Shown: positions 1-13,130 of the stretch, piece after piece
Layout: each line of letters opens with the position of its first letter
Position numbering within the stretch: position 1 is the stretch's first letter
NCBI GenBank assembly: GCA_026770705.1
Contig: JANJGN010000031.1
Location: 1,240,001-1,304,000, forward strand
From: Isurus oxyrinchus
Lineage: Eukaryota
Length of the DNA: 64,000 bases
Direction: 5' to 3'
Made by a program: the position numbers and the translations under genes
Notes under the pieces: generated by a model
The model's database searches: none
What the model saw: the letters and a program-made list of their open reading frames with translations, nothing else
What the model was told of the DNA's origin: nothing

Positions 1-2829
1 TGTGGACTTGATGGGCCGAATAGACGCCTTCTATCCCGCATTGAGCTATGACTAGCTACTTGCAAAGCGTTTGGGGGCGCCTTGGGGTTACACCATTACT
101 ACAGGAATACACATTTTCTGATTCTCTTCCTGAGCTTTGTATATGACGCAAGTGTATAGAGTGTCAAACCATTGAGATAAACCTGCCCGGCCCAAGCAAG
201 CCCCCACCTTCCTGGTGAAAAGACACGCCCCTCTTTCTGTGATTGGCTCTAAGTGGGCGGGATGTGGGCTAGGACAGTCACTGGGTGATGTTCTGCTTAA
301 GGTGTTACAGAACTTAGGGCAGAAACTGGAATCGTCCGCTCAATCTGGGCAAAGCAAACCAGGAAGGATATAGTAGGCTTGGAGGGATTGCAAAATGGAC
401 TCACCAGAATGATACAGGGTATTTTATGCACATATTCTTTCATGGGATATGGGGATCGCTGGCAAGGCCAGCATTTGTTGCCTATCCCTAATTGCTCTTG
501 AATTGAGTGGTATTTCAGAGAGTAGATAAGGGTGAACCACGTTGGACTGGAGTTAAATGCAGGCATTAGATATTTTTTCACCGCAGACAATAATAGAATT
601 GTTCCATAGTCAGCATTACTCAGACTAGCTTTCAATCCCATATGTTTTTATCATTCATTGCATTTAAATTCCTCCAGCCCCCGTGTTAGGGTATGAACCT
701 ATATCCCCTAGAGTATTACCACCACACCACACCCTCCACTGTTATCAAGAAATAACTGATTAAGTTAATTTACATCTGCGTTTCCTTGAGTACAGAAAAT
801 GCGGGCGGCGAACTGATGTGAGTTTTTGGCATTTTAGAAGGAGTTTCAGGTGAACAGATGAAGCTGTTCTTTCCTCCAGAGTCGGGAACCAGAACAATAT
901 AACTTCACAATTAGGACCAGACCGTTCAGGGAGAGGTCAGGAAACATTTGATCAGACAAAGCAAAGGGGAAAACTGGAACTTTTGCACCCCCCCCCCCCA
1001 ACATAAAAAAGGATGGTCATTGCTGGTGGTCGATTGGGCATTTCAAATTAAAATTTATAGATTTTCCTTCTTTAGTTTATTGAGCAATGTAGACTGGTTG
1101 CGATTGAATAAAGGTCATCTATCATCTAATTGAATTAAATGACGCATTGCATAGTGGCAATGTCATTGGACAACAAATCCAGAGATGCAAGATAATGCTC
1201 CAGACCACGGGTTCCACTCCAACCTTGGCAACTGGAGGAATTTGAATTCAATGCATTAATAAACATCTTCAATCTTGAGCAAGGAAACCTTCTGCAGATT
1301 AGCAACTACTGCCAGATCCAGTTGCCCATCCCCACCTCTCCGCCTTAACTCACCCACCATCCAATTCAGTTGATGAATCAGTAATCCTCCATGTCGAATT
1401 CTAATTGTAAAAAAAAAGCTGAGCATGCCAATCAAGGACACAGAATGTTTACAGTGCTGGGCGCTTCAATGTCCATCACCAAGGCTGTCTCAGTAGCACC
1501 ATTACTGGCTGAGTCCAAAGGGTTATAGCTTCGAGACTGGGCCTGCGATAGGTACTGAGGAAGCCAAGCAGGAAACATTTACCTGACTTCATCCTCACCA
1601 ATCTAACTGTCGCAAATCCATCTGTCCATGACAGTGTTGACAGGAGAGACCACTGCAAGGTCTTCATTGATAAAATGTCCCATCTTCACATTAACAATAC
1701 TGTCCATTGTATAGTGTGGTACTATAACTATGCTAAATGGATTTCAAACAAATCAACAACTCAAAACTGGGCATCGACGAAGTGCTGTGGGCCATCAGCA
1801 GCAACGGAATTAAAATCGAACACAATCTGTAACCACATGGCCCCACATATCCCCCCCATCCCCCACCCACCACTCTATAACATTACCATCAAGCCAGGAG
1901 AACAAACCAGGAGTTCAATGACGAGTCGAGAAGGAGGTGCCCAGGCAACACCAGGTACAGCTAAAAATGAGCTATCAGCCTGGTGAAGCCACAACACAGG
2001 ACTATTTGCATGGAATCAGGAAGATTGATAGCATTTATAGATAAGGTGTGTTGTCCAACTGGCAGATGCTATTGAAAGGTGGACGAATGTGAACCTATCC
2101 ACATTGGACTTCAGACCGATAGAACAGTGTGTTTCTAAATGGTAAGAAGCTAGTGGCCACGGAGTGGCAAGGAAATTAAGGATTGCATCAATACATAATT
2201 CAGAAGCTAGGTAGACGTGTACAAAATGAGGCTAATGGGTTATTGAAAAATTGGCCTTTAATCTCAAATGAACTGGAATACTAGGAGAAAATAAACACGT
2301 GGACAAACTCCATCTGGAATCCATTCAGTTACATAGGAAGATATTAGATGTGGGTTGTGGGGTGTGGAAGTGGGGGGTGGTTGGTGTTGAGGGCTGGCGG
2401 GAGAAATGCAGATTCATCAGAATGTTATCATCTTCATATTACCGTGGTTACAGAGTGAAATAAGGAAGATATGTTCCAAACACTTGGCTTCCATTCACTT
2501 GAATAGAGAAGATTCGATGGTAAAATGATCGAACTTTCCAATACAGGAGTTAACGGGTAAGAGAATGAGGAACTATTCTCTCTGTGTTCAGGTGGTCCAG
2601 AACAGGGGGCAAAACTTTGAAAAATAGAGCCTGGTTAAGTCACCAAGCAATTCTTCACACAAAGGGGAGTGTTAATTGGAACTCTGCCTCAAAGGATGTG
2701 GCTTCTGGTCAATTTTAACCTTCAATGTAAATATAAATAGCCTTTTCTCGGATTAATGTGTCTAGAAAATGGAGCTGAAGGAGTTAAAGATAAACAGCAG
2801 CCATGAGGCAACTGAATGACAGAGCAGTT

Positions 2830-3240
2830 TCGATGGACTGAATGGCCTCTTCCAATTCATTTTCAGCAGGTTGGAGGAATGAATGACCACATACGTTTCT
2901 GTGTAATAGGACTGAGGGGCTGAATGACCTCTTCATGTTGCTGTGCAAGAGGTTCGAGAAGCTGAATGGCCTTCGCCTTTTCCTCTGAGGCAGGTTGGAA
3001 GGGCTGGATGACCTTTTCAACTTTCTGTGTAACAGGTTAGATGGGATGAATGGCCTCTTGATACCCCTGTGTAACTCGCTAGAGGACTTGAATGGCCTCC
3101 TCCTCTTACTGCCTAACAGGCTCGATGGGCTGAGTGGCATTTCCTGTTCAGTGTAGCAGACGTGATCAGTTGAATGGCCTGTTCATCTTCCTCAGTAACA
3201 GACCAGATGGGCTGAATGGCCTTCTCGTGTTCCTATTATA
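2830..3240 (+). repeat. ~39-bp minisatellite (gggctgaatggcct...gtgtaacagg) 3' of V segments; also at 6790-7100, 52960-53270, 59270-59700, 45800-45910
   Basis: Recurring gggctgaatggcct / aggccattcagccc at ~39-nt spacing. Confidence 0.8.
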
Positions 3241-3544
3241 TCTTGTTGTCGGTAGCGTATATTCGGTCATCCTATAGCGCTCTCTGCTGGCCCCGTGGAA
3301 AAATAACACATTGTCAGTAGACAAACGCAAGTCTTTTGAATGTTATAATTCCAGATATTCACAAATTTTCAGTTCGGTTGTAATCTTTGAAAATTATTTT
3401 TGCAACTGCTTGAGCGTCTCAATGTTTAATCACTCACTGCCAATCTAACACGTCTCTTCTCACTAACATGTTCCCACTGCATAAATAAACAGGCTGAAGC
3501 AGCACGGAGTTTCTTCGTTCACAGCTCTTTCCTGTCGCCTTTGG

Positions 3545-3583
3545 TGTTTTTGCTGAGCTGCTCCAACTCTATGAGTCACTGTG
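3545..3583 (-). promoter_or_regulatory. 23-RSS of V1
   Basis: CACAGTG + 23 nt (actcatagagttggagcagctca) + GCAAAAACA. Confidence 0.93.
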
Positions 3584-4072
3584 AATACTCCAGGCGCAGT
3601 AATACACGACCGAGTGATCCGCCGGCAGGCTGAGGGACTCCAGCTTGAACTCGTAGCCACTCGGTCGATCGGCGGTGAAACCGACTGCCGTCCCTTCGGA
3701 ATTCACATTTGTTGCAGCTGCGGAATAAAAAAGCAGCTGCAGCTCCTTCCCCAGTTACTGTCTGTACCAGAACATGGAACCGCTACTGGCACCCTCAGCC
3801 TCACAATTCATTTTCACTTTCTCCCCAACAAACTTGGAGATAGCGGCGGGAGTCTGGTTGATCCTCGCTGAATTCACGCCTGGGAAAGAGAGGGGGTGAG
3901 CAGGAGGTCAATAAATAGGGACCTTATTACCGCGAAAGAGCAAAAGGAAAGAAAGCAATCTAGAAAGGAAGAAGGAAAGTCAATGATAAAGGATTTTTGC
4001 AAACCAATATATTTCATGAAAATATTACGTACATTGAAATAACATTATGAGACTCAGTAACAGATACATCAT
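3584..4072 (-). pseudogene. TRBV: TCR beta-type V segment V1 (TRBV30-like) pseudogene; leader 4033-4072, V exon 3584-3879
   Basis: Leader MMYLLLSLIMLFQ with GT donor, AG acceptor. V exon reads VNSARINQTPAAISKFVGEKVKMNCEAEGASSGSMFWYRQ*LGKELQLLFYSAAATNVNSEGTAVGFTADRPSGYEFKLESLSLPADHSVVYYCAWSI. The single in-frame TAA is at 3755-3757. Followed by a 23-RSS. Confidence 0.9.
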
Positions 4073-4124
4073 TAATGCTTAACTTTCGTTGTTCGGGAGA
4101 ATTGAGCGGAAAGAATATAACCCA

Positions 4125-4260
4125 GTCTTGTCGGGCGTCACACAGTCTCGTGTCAAACCATTGAGTAAAAGCTGTCCGGCCCAAGCAACATCGCCCACCC
4201 TGGCAGGAAGGCACGCCCCTCTTTCTATGATTGGACGGGTTGCACTTTCTATAAGTGGAC
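4125..4260 (-). promoter_or_regulatory. Putative promoter of V1 (CCAAT box, GC/GT boxes, TGACG half-site)
   Basis: On the minus strand: ccaatcatagaaagaggggcgtg ... gggtgggcg ... tgtgacgcc, 60-170 bp upstream of the leader ATG. The same module occurs at 160-265 and upstream of V6. Confidence 0.5.
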
Positions 4261-7200
4261 GTGAAGGGAACTAGAATAGCAAATGGGAGACGTTCTGCTT
4301 AAGGTGTTACAGAACTCTGGGCAGAAACTGGAAAATTGCGCTCAGTCTGTGCAACGCGCAGCAGCAAGAATCTGTCAGGCTTGGAAGGATTGCAAAACGG
4401 ATTTACCAGACTGATATAGGGTATTTTATGCACATATTCGTTCGTGGGATATGGGCATGGCTGGTAAGGCCAGCATGTGTTGCCCATCCCTAATTGCGCT
4501 TGAATTGGCTGTTTTTTCATAGGGTAGTTAAGGGTGAACCACATTAATCTGGACTTAAATGCAGGCATTAGATGTTTTTCACACAATCAATAATAGTTCC
4601 ATAGTCAGCATTACTGAGACTAGCTTTCAATCCCAAATGCTTTTTTTATTAATTGAATTTAAATTCCAGAAGCCCCCGCGGTAGAAGATGAAACCATCTT
4701 CCCCAGAGCATTACTACTACTCCACGCTCTCGACTGTTATCGATAAATATCTGATGAAGACAGTTTGCGTCTGCGTTTCCTTGAATACAGAAGGTGAGGG
4801 ACGGGGGCGAACGGATGTGAATTTCTGTCATTTTAGAAGTAGTTTCAGGTGAACAGATGGATGTATTCTTTCCTCCAGGTTGGGAACCAGAAAAATATAA
4901 CTTCACAATTATGACAGAACTTTCAGAGAGAGGTGAGGAAACATTTCATCAGGCAAAGCAGAGGGGAAAATTGGTACTCTTGCCTGCAAAAGGATGGTTA
5001 ATGCTGGTGGTCGATTGGACATTTCGACTTAAAATTCGTAAATTTTTGTTGGTTAGTATATTAAGGAATGTGGACTGGAGGTGAGTGAATCGATGTCAGC
5101 TATCATCCAATTGAATTAAATACCACATTGCAGAATGAATATGTCATGGGACCAGAAATTCAGAGACGCAGGCTAATGCTCCAGACCAATGGTTCAAATC
5201 CTCGGCAACTGGTGGAATTTGAATTCAATTCATTAATAAACATTAGCAATCTTGAGCAAGAGACTCTTCTGCTGATAATCACCTATTGCCATGCCCAGTT
5301 GTCCATCCCCACTGCACCCCCTTAACCTACACCACCCGGCGCAATTCAGTTGATGTATCAGTAATCCTCCATGCCGAATACCAATTGGAAGAAAAGCTGA
5401 ACGTGCCAATCAAGGGCACAGAATGTTCACGAGTTCGGGGACACCAATGTCCATCACCAAGGTTAGCTTAGTAGCACCATTATTGGCTGAGTCTGAAATC
5501 TTATAGCTGCAGAACAGGGCCTGCGACAGTTGCTGAGGGAGCCAAGAGGAAAAAACGTACCTGACATCATCCTCACCAATCTAACTGTCGCAGGTCAATC
5601 TGTCCGCAAAAGCGTTGACACAAGAGACCACTGCAAAGCCCTTAAAGAGATAAAGTCTCATCTTCACATTGAGGGATACCCTCCATTGTGTAGTGTGGTG
5701 ATATACCCATATTAAATGGATTTAAAGCAAATCACCAACTGAAAACTGGGCATCCACGAGGCACTGTGGGCCATCAGCGCCAACAGAATTGTACTGGAGC
5801 ACAATCTGTAACCTCAATGCCCGGCATAATCCCCCCCCCCCCCCACCCCTACCCCCGACTGCCATTATCATCAAGCCAGATCCATCCCGGAGTTCAATGA
5901 TGAGTGGAGCAGGATGTGCCCGGGCATCACCAGCTTTAGCTAAAAATGAGGCATCAGCCTGGTGAAGCTACAACACAGGACTATTTGCCTGGGATCAGAA
6001 TGATTGAGAGCATTGATAGGTAAGGTGAGTGGTCCAATTAGCAGATGCCATTCAAATGTGGACGAGTGTGAGGTTATCCACTTTGGACCTTAGTCCGATA
6101 GAACAGGGTGTTTCTAAATTGTGAGAAGCCAGCGGCTGCAGAGTGGCAAGGAGGTAAAGGATTGCATGAATACACATTTCAGAAGTTAGGTGGACACGTA
6201 CAAAATGAGTCTAACATGTTATTGGAAAGTTGTACTTTAATCTCAAGGGAACTGGAATGCAAGGAGAAAATAAACGCTTGGACAAATTCATTTGGAATCC
6301 ATTCAGTTCCATAAGAAAGTATCCACCGCGGATTGCAGGGCAGGGGATTGTGCTAGGGGCTGGGGAGTAACGCAGATTCATCAGGATGTTATCGTGGTTA
6401 TATTTTCATGGTTATGGACGCAACCTAAGAGGATATGTTCCAAACACCTCGTTTCCATTGGCTTGAATAGAGAAGAATCAATGGTAAATTGATTGAGTTT
6501 TCTAATACAGGAGTTGATGGGTAAGAGAAGAAGGAACTATTTCCTCTGGGGTGTGTAGGTGCAGAACAAGGGTCATAGCTTTGAAAAATACAGCCGGGGT
6601 AAGTCACCAAGCAATTCTTCACACAATGGGGTGTGGATATCGGAACTATGCCCCAATGGATGAGGCCTGTGATCAATTATAAACTTTGATATAAATTTCA
6701 TAGCCTTTTTTCGGCTAAAATGTCGAGGGATATGGAGCTGAAGGAGGTGAAGATAATCAGCAGCTATGATGCAATGGAATGGCAGAGCAGTTTCGATGGG
6801 CTGAATGGCCCCTTCCAGTTCCTTTTCAACAGGTCGGAGGAATGAATGATTACATACGTTTCTGTGTAATAGGGATAAATGGCCTCTTCATGTTGCTGGA
6901 AACAGGGTGGAGAAGCTGAATGACTTTCATCTGTTCCTCTACTACAGACCAAAGGGGCTGGATGGCATTTTCAGGTTCTTGTCTAATAGGCTCGAAGGGC
7001 TGAATGGCATTTCCTGCTCATGTGTAACAAACGTGATGTGATGAATGGCCTGATAATTTTCCTCAGTAACAGACTACATGGGCTGAATGGCCGTCTCGTG
7101 TTCGTGTTGAGCCTTGCTCTGGGTCGTGTGTGTTCCGCTATTCTACACCATCTTCTGCTGGCCTCGTAGAGAAGTACCACACTATCAGTGAGCGAATGCA

Positions 7201-7416
7201 AGTCCTTTTGATGTTATCATTCCAGACATTCACAAACTTTCAGTTCTGGTGTAAACCTTGAAAATTATTCCTCGCACCTTCTTCAGCGTCTCGATATCTT
7301 ATCATCCGCTACCATTCCAACCCGTCTCTTATCATAAACATGTTCGTATTGCAAGAATAAACAGGCTGAAGCAGCACGGGTTTTCCTCATTCACAGCTCT
7401 TTCCTTCCGCCTTTGG

Positions 7417-7455
7417 TGTTTTTGTTGAGCTGCTCCATCTCTCGCAGTCACGGTA
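7417..7455 (-). promoter_or_regulatory. Defective 23-RSS of V2
   Basis: TACCGTG (CAC lost) + 23 nt + ACAAAAACA. Confidence 0.85.
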
Positions 7456-7746
7456 AACACTCCAGGCGCAGTAATGCACGGCCGAGTGATCTGCCCGCAG
7501 GCTGGGGCACTCCAGCTTGAACACGGAGCCACCGGGTCTCCGGGCGGTGAAACCGTCCACCGGCCCCTCGGGATTCAAAGTTTGTGCAACTGCGGAATAA
7601 AACATCAGCTGCAGCTAGTTCGTGGGTACTGCCTGTACCAGAACATCGAACCGCTACTGACTCCCTCCACAGTGCAATTCAAGTCCACTCTCTTAGAAAT
7701 TTGGAAATAGTTCGGCGACTCTGATTAACTGTCGCCGAGTTCACGG
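7456..7746 (-). pseudogene. TRBV: TCR beta-type V segment V2 pseudogene (leader and promoter deleted)
   Basis: VNSATVNQSRRTISKF / NCTVEGVSSGSMFWYRQYP / LQLMFYSAVAQTLNPEGPVDGFTARRPGGSVFKLECPSLRADHSAVHYCAWSV, with two frameshifts. About 284 bp holding the leader exon is missing at ~7872 relative to the paralogous 15364-15649 segment. Confidence 0.88.
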
Positions 7747-8424
7747 CTGAGAAAGAAATCGGGAGAGAATGGGGTGATTAAACGGAGACATTCTCATGGA
7801 GAAGCAGAAAAGGAAAAAGAAAACACGAAAGAACAAAAGAAAAAAGGAAATGATAAACGATGGATGGATGTTGAGGGAGCGAGTGGGAAAAGCAATGGCA
7901 GATGCAGTGGGTAAGTCTGAGGTCGCAACAGTCGGCCTAATGGGGGGGAGAGAAGAATACTTTCTAACTGGTGAGAAGCGAAGGACTCTAGAGCTGCAAA
8001 GGAACTTAGTTATCTAGCATTAAAAATCTCAGATAGACAGGAAGAAAAATGAATCACCTGGGTGAATGGAATTCTAGCCTTTACTCAAGCGGAGCTGGAG
8101 TGCAGCATGGAGCCAGTTACACTCCAGTTGTTGAGAGCGCCGGGCGGACTCCATCGGAAGATTTCTTTCAATTCTAGCCAGCTCACCTCAGGAGGAATGT
8201 TTTAGATTGAGAGGGGTTAAAGTGGGTTGACAAGAATAACACTCGGCTTAAAGCGTTAAATCATGAGGACGGACTGTCAGTATTCCATTCAGCATAGACG
8301 ATTGAGGGATAAACTTGTGAAGCTTTATTTTGGGCATTTTAGAAAGGTTTTTCGCGTTAATAAATATGTGCCATTTCATATACTGATCTTCCAGAACAAT
8401 GAGGTAGAGTGAACTGCTTAGGGG

Positions 8425-8765
8425 AGGAGTTAGCATAATGCTATTGTCACTAGTCTCATATTCCAGATTCCCAGGATAATTCACTGGGGACCAGGGTTCG
8501 AATCCCACCACGGCAGATGGTGAAATTTGAATCCAATCAAAATCTGAAATTGAAAGTCTGATGATGATCATGAAACTATTGCCGATCGTCATAAACCCCC
8601 ATCTGGTTAGCTTCAGGGAAGGACATGCGCCGTCAATACCTGGTCTGGTCCAGAAGTGACTCCACATTCAAAGCAAATCGGTTGGCTCTGAACAAGGACA
8701 AGGGCAATGAAGGATTGCCAATAAATGCTGGCCTTGCCAGCGATGCCCATATCCCATGAACTAAT
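8425..8765 (+). mobile_element. tRNA-derived SINE (elasmobranch SacSINE1-like); related copies at ~440-720, 4430-4720, 23090-23410, 51170-51420, 61790-62175, 63760-64000
   Basis: B-box ggttcgaatccc; body ends agggcaat...aataaatgctggccttgccagcgatgcccatatcccatgaa. Confidence 0.65.
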
Positions 8766-9773
8766 TTAAGAAATGAAGCCTCGGCCTTTCAGGCGTGCGG
8801 CAAGGAAGCACTTATTAAACAACGGATGGTAGAAATCTGGAACTCTCTCCCCAAAATGCAGCAAATGTTGGTGGTTAATTTCAAAAGTAAGATTGATTGA
8901 TTTTGTTCGGTCAGTGTTTCAAGGGATGGATAGTGGAGTTTGGTAGATGGGACGAACGGTACAGATCAGCATTTATGTAACGCTAGAGAGGAGCAGACTC
9001 GAAGGGCTGTCTCGTTTCCATCTGTTCCTGTTCCGATTGAACCATGTTCCGGGCACTGATGTGATTCATGGTCCTAGAGCGTCCTCTGCAGCTGGTGATG
9101 GGGAAGAAAGCGCAGAGCAAGAGTCACTGTAGAGAAAAGAAAACAATATTCTCTGTGTCTCCTTAACGCTGTTTCCGTTCCTTTCTTAAACGTATCATTT
9201 ATTTTTATTTGGTATTTAATTGGCCGTACTCAGAGTTAAATTCGCTGTGAAAACCAGCGTCGCCCGCTGACTGCGCTCAAAACGTTAGCCCAGGATGGGC
9301 TGCAGTTCTCTCTCATTAATGTATTAATTCCTTTCTCACTCATGTTTATCCAGTTTCCCCTTCAAGGCATCGATAATATTCCCCTCAATCACTCGGTGTT
9401 GGCGACATCTATATTCTTTGTTTGAATTAGATTGTTCCAAATTTCTAATTCGATTTTGTAACTGATTCTCATCTGCCCCACCTGAATCGTAATAAACCGC
9501 TTCATCGTTAGAATAAAACTTCATAAGAATTGTTCTCAACCTCTAGAAGAAGAAAGATCTTTCTCCAAAAGAAACGAACAAATTCAGACTTCTCTGATGG
9601 TTTAACCACTCATATCTAGCAATAATCTTCTCCAGTGCTTCCCAATCTAATCACTCACTTTTCTTGTAACTGTTCTCTTATTGTCAAAAGGTTTTCGCCC
9701 CGAGAGAAAAAGAAACAGCAAGTCCAAGCGCCTCGTAATGTTGTCTAGAGAAGATGTTCTCCGCCGTCTGTGG

Positions 9774-9812
9774 GGTTTTTGTTCAGCTGCTCCATTTCTC
9801 TGAGCCACCGTG
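9774..9812 (-). promoter_or_regulatory. 23-RSS of V3
   Basis: CACGGTG + 23 nt + ACAAAAACC. Confidence 0.9.
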
Positions 9813-10319
9813 AAGACTCCAGGCGTAGTAATACACGGCCGAATCATTCGAACGCAGGCTGGAGGACTCCAGCTTGAACTTGGAGCTTCTCGGTCTCCGG
9901 GCGGTGAAACCGTCCAACGGCACCTCTGGACTCACGTGATTGGTGCCCGTGGAGTGAAATAGAAACTGCGGCTATTGCTCCGGGTACTGTCTGTACCAGA
10001 ATATATCAGGATTACTGCTCCCCTACACAGTGCAATCCACTTACACTTTATTCCCGGGAAATCTGGAGACGGCAGCGGGAGTCTGGCGAATAGTCTGTGA
10101 ATTCACATCTGGGGAAGGGAAGGAAAGAAGGAGGTCAGTAAGTGGAGACAATGGCAGAGATTGGAAATAAAGAGACAGAAAAGAAAGAAAAAAAGACAAA
10201 GACAGTAAGACAGAAACAGAAAGAAAGAATAATGTAAAAGAAGATAATGAATGAGAGTTACTATTTAAAATAATTCACTTACGGTGAAACAAGGTCATCA
10301 GACTCAGCAACAGGTATAT
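9813..10319 (-). pseudogene. TRBV: TCR beta-type V segment V3 pseudogene; leader 10283-10319 (ATG changed to ATA), V exon 9813-10108
   Basis: VNSQTIRQTPAAVSRFPGNKV*VDCTV*GSSNPDIFWYRQYPEQ*PQFLFHSTGTNHVSPEVPLDGFTARRPRSSKFKLESSSLRSNDSAVYYYAWSL: three stops and second Cys changed to Tyr. Confidence 0.9.
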
Positions 10320-11574
10320 TTTTAATGTGACTTATTATGCTCAATAAACACAGAAGCGAGAACAGCAGTGTGGACGCCTGTGAGATGCCAACCCGTTCTT
10401 ATCAAATCATCGAGGAAAACATGAAGAGCGGGAGGAAATGATGAAGCTTCGGACACACCTCTCCCTCTGAATGACCTCTCTGCGACTCACTGTCGGAGTT
10501 GCTGGGCTCTCCCTCTCTCTGATTAAATGATTCCCCGCACAGCCTGTTAACGTTTAAAGAGAAACTGAACTCCCAGTGAAAGATTTCAGGTTTTAAATCA
10601 AAAGAGCTTTGCTGTAGAAAAATTGTAAACGCGAGCACTATTAAATTAATATGTTTGAAACCCGATTTATTTTTTACTTCCACCCAAGAGTTTCCTTATA
10701 CATTACATGATCTTGAGAGTTCATTCACTTCTTCTGAGACAAAACCAAGGTCTGCTCTCAGTAATTCACTGTGTATTCCCCTCAATGATCCAGTTGTTTA
10801 CTGATGTGCAGTGTTTTTGGGATCCTTCCACCAGAATTTGCATAGGTGACTCCAACTCTCCTTTGACACCTTCGGATTGTGGATTGCCGCACCTCAAGCA
10901 GCGGCTTCACCTTCTTGCTTCGTGACTTTTAAGAATCTGAGAATCGCCTTTCATTTCTGATAGCCCTATGTTATGTTTCACATTGCTTCACGGCTCCAGG
11001 CAGACCCTCTCTCTTTTGCTTTTCTTCATGCTGAGTGCCTGTTTCTGTTAATAAACATACAGTTAAAAACCCAAAACAAAGGATTACCTTCCTGCATTGC
11101 ATATCTCCATAACAACGTGGGATACCTGGATGTTCCTAAGAGAAATGTAAATTATCAGAACAATCCTTTGATCCTGGGTCCCACACGAATAATTTACATC
11201 TCTAATGAAGGTAATAACAACCTTACCAGACTCTGAGGTTCCATGAAGAAACCCATTGTATACATGTTACTTTTAGAGCTTCTCGAATCCAGAGAACCAC
11301 ATGAATTATTTAAACCTCCTCAGTTACACTCCAACTTTTATGCATTTTCTAAGATGTTGTGAGACAAACGGGCTGCTCTACAGAGATCCACATATGCTAT
11401 TAGAATGCTAGGTGTGAATATCTTTCACCGCTATCCCAAAATCAAACATTCCTCTTTGAACTGTAATTGAGAGGTGAACTGTCGAGTATTTCTTTATTTG
11501 TGAATTGTTAGGGTAGATAGTTTGAAGTTCTCTCCTTTGTGGGGAAATTCAGAACAACTTTTCAATCATACGAA

Positions 11575-13130
11575 CGCACATACGAATTAAGAGCAGGAGT
11601 AGGCCACTCCGCCCGTCTAGCCTGCTCCGCCATTCAATAAGACCAAGGTGGTTCTAAATTTAGCCTCAACCTCACATTCCTGCCTATCCCTGCTAACTTT
11701 TCATGACCTTAATATCAAGAATCTCTCTACTTCCGCCTTAATGATATTCCAAGACTCTGCCTCAACCAACTTTTGAAGATGAGAATTCCAAACCCTCACA
11801 ACACTCTGAGAAAGAAAAAAATCTCTTCTTCACTGCCTGAAATGGGCGACGCCTAATTTTTAAATAGTGCCCTTTAGTTCGAGATTCTCCCACAGAAGGA
11901 GACATCCTCTCCACATCCACCCAGTCAAGACCACTCTGGATCTTATATGTTTCAATCAAATCGCCTCTTACTCTTCTAAATTCCAGTGGATACAAGCCTA
12001 GGCTGTCCAACCTTTCCTTTCCAGCCCATTCCAGTATTAATCAAGTAAAACTTATCTGAACTGCTTCCAATGAATTTCCATCCTTCCTTAAATAATGTGC
12101 ACAGTACCCGAGATGTGGTCTCACCAATGCCCTGCATAACTGAAAAATAACTTCCCTGCCCTTGTATTAAATTGCCATCACAATAAACAATAAAATTCTC
12201 AACAAAAACAGAATTACCTGGAAAAACTCAGCAGGTCTGGCAGCATCGGCGGAGAAGAAAAGAGTTGATGTTTCAAGTCCTCATGACCCTTCGACAGAAC
12301 TAGAGAATAAAATTCTCGTAGCTTTCCCAATTACTTGCTCTAGCTGCATTCTACCCTTTTGGTATTTAGGCACTTGGGCACCCAGAAATCTCTACATCTC
12401 AGATCTGTGTAATCTCTCACCATTTTTATGATATGCTTCTTTTTCTGTTCTGCCAAAATGGACAACTTCACCATTTCCCACATTAGACTGCATTTGCCAG
12501 ATCTTTTCCCACTCACTTAACCCATCTTTATCCGTTTGTAACCTCCTTATGTCTTCTTCATAATTCACTGTCCTGCCAATCTTTGGGTCATCAGCAAATT
12601 TAGCAGTCATAGCATCATTCCCTTCATGCAAAACATTTGCATAATTGTAAGGCATTGAGGCCCTAGCTTTGAACCCTGTGGCACAACCAGGAAAATACCC
12701 ATTTATGGCTACTCTCTGATTCCTGTGAGCTAGCCAAACTTCTATCCATGCCAATAAGTTTCCCTGAACACCATGAGCTCTTATTGTCAGCAATAACTTT
12801 TGATATGGCACTTTACCAAAAAGACTCCTGGAAATCTAGATGTAGTATATCTTCCGAATCACTTCTTTCCAGTGTACCTTTACTTTCTTGAACGCACTCC
12901 AATTTAACCAATGAATTGGTTAAATATGATTTCCCTTTCACAAAACCATGTTGACTCTGCCTGATTACCTTGAATTTACCTAAACGTCCTATTATAGCAC
13001 CTTTGAGAACGGCTTAGCTCATTTTCCCTATGATAGGTGTAAAGCTCATTGGCCGATAGATTTGTACTCCCTGTCTCCCTTCCTTTTCAATAAAGCAGTT
13101 ATATTAGGTGTTTTGCAATCAGAACTAGGA
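11575..13130 (-). mobile_element. CR1-clade LINE, decayed ORF2 RT and 3' end
   Basis: LLAWIEVWLAHRNQRVAING, AKFADDPKIG, LGLYPLEFRRVRGDLIETYK. Confidence 0.85.
12201..12305. mobile_element. Short Penelope-like terminal fragment with 12-bp target-site duplication
   Basis: aataaaattctc at 12189-12200 and 12306-12317. The insert matches the reverse complement of the Penelope tail at ~62930-63025. Confidence 0.75.

Larger units (their letters stand above)
160..7750. repeat. Two tandem copies of a ~3.9-4.0-kb V-plus-3'-flank cassette (~160-3900 and ~4150-7750)
   Basis: e.g. 297 ttaaggtgttacagaact = 4299; 1601 atctaactgtcgca = 5580; 3481 ataaacaggctgaagcagcacgg = 7357. The unit is built from decayed SINE and LINE pieces. 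Confidence 0.85.
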
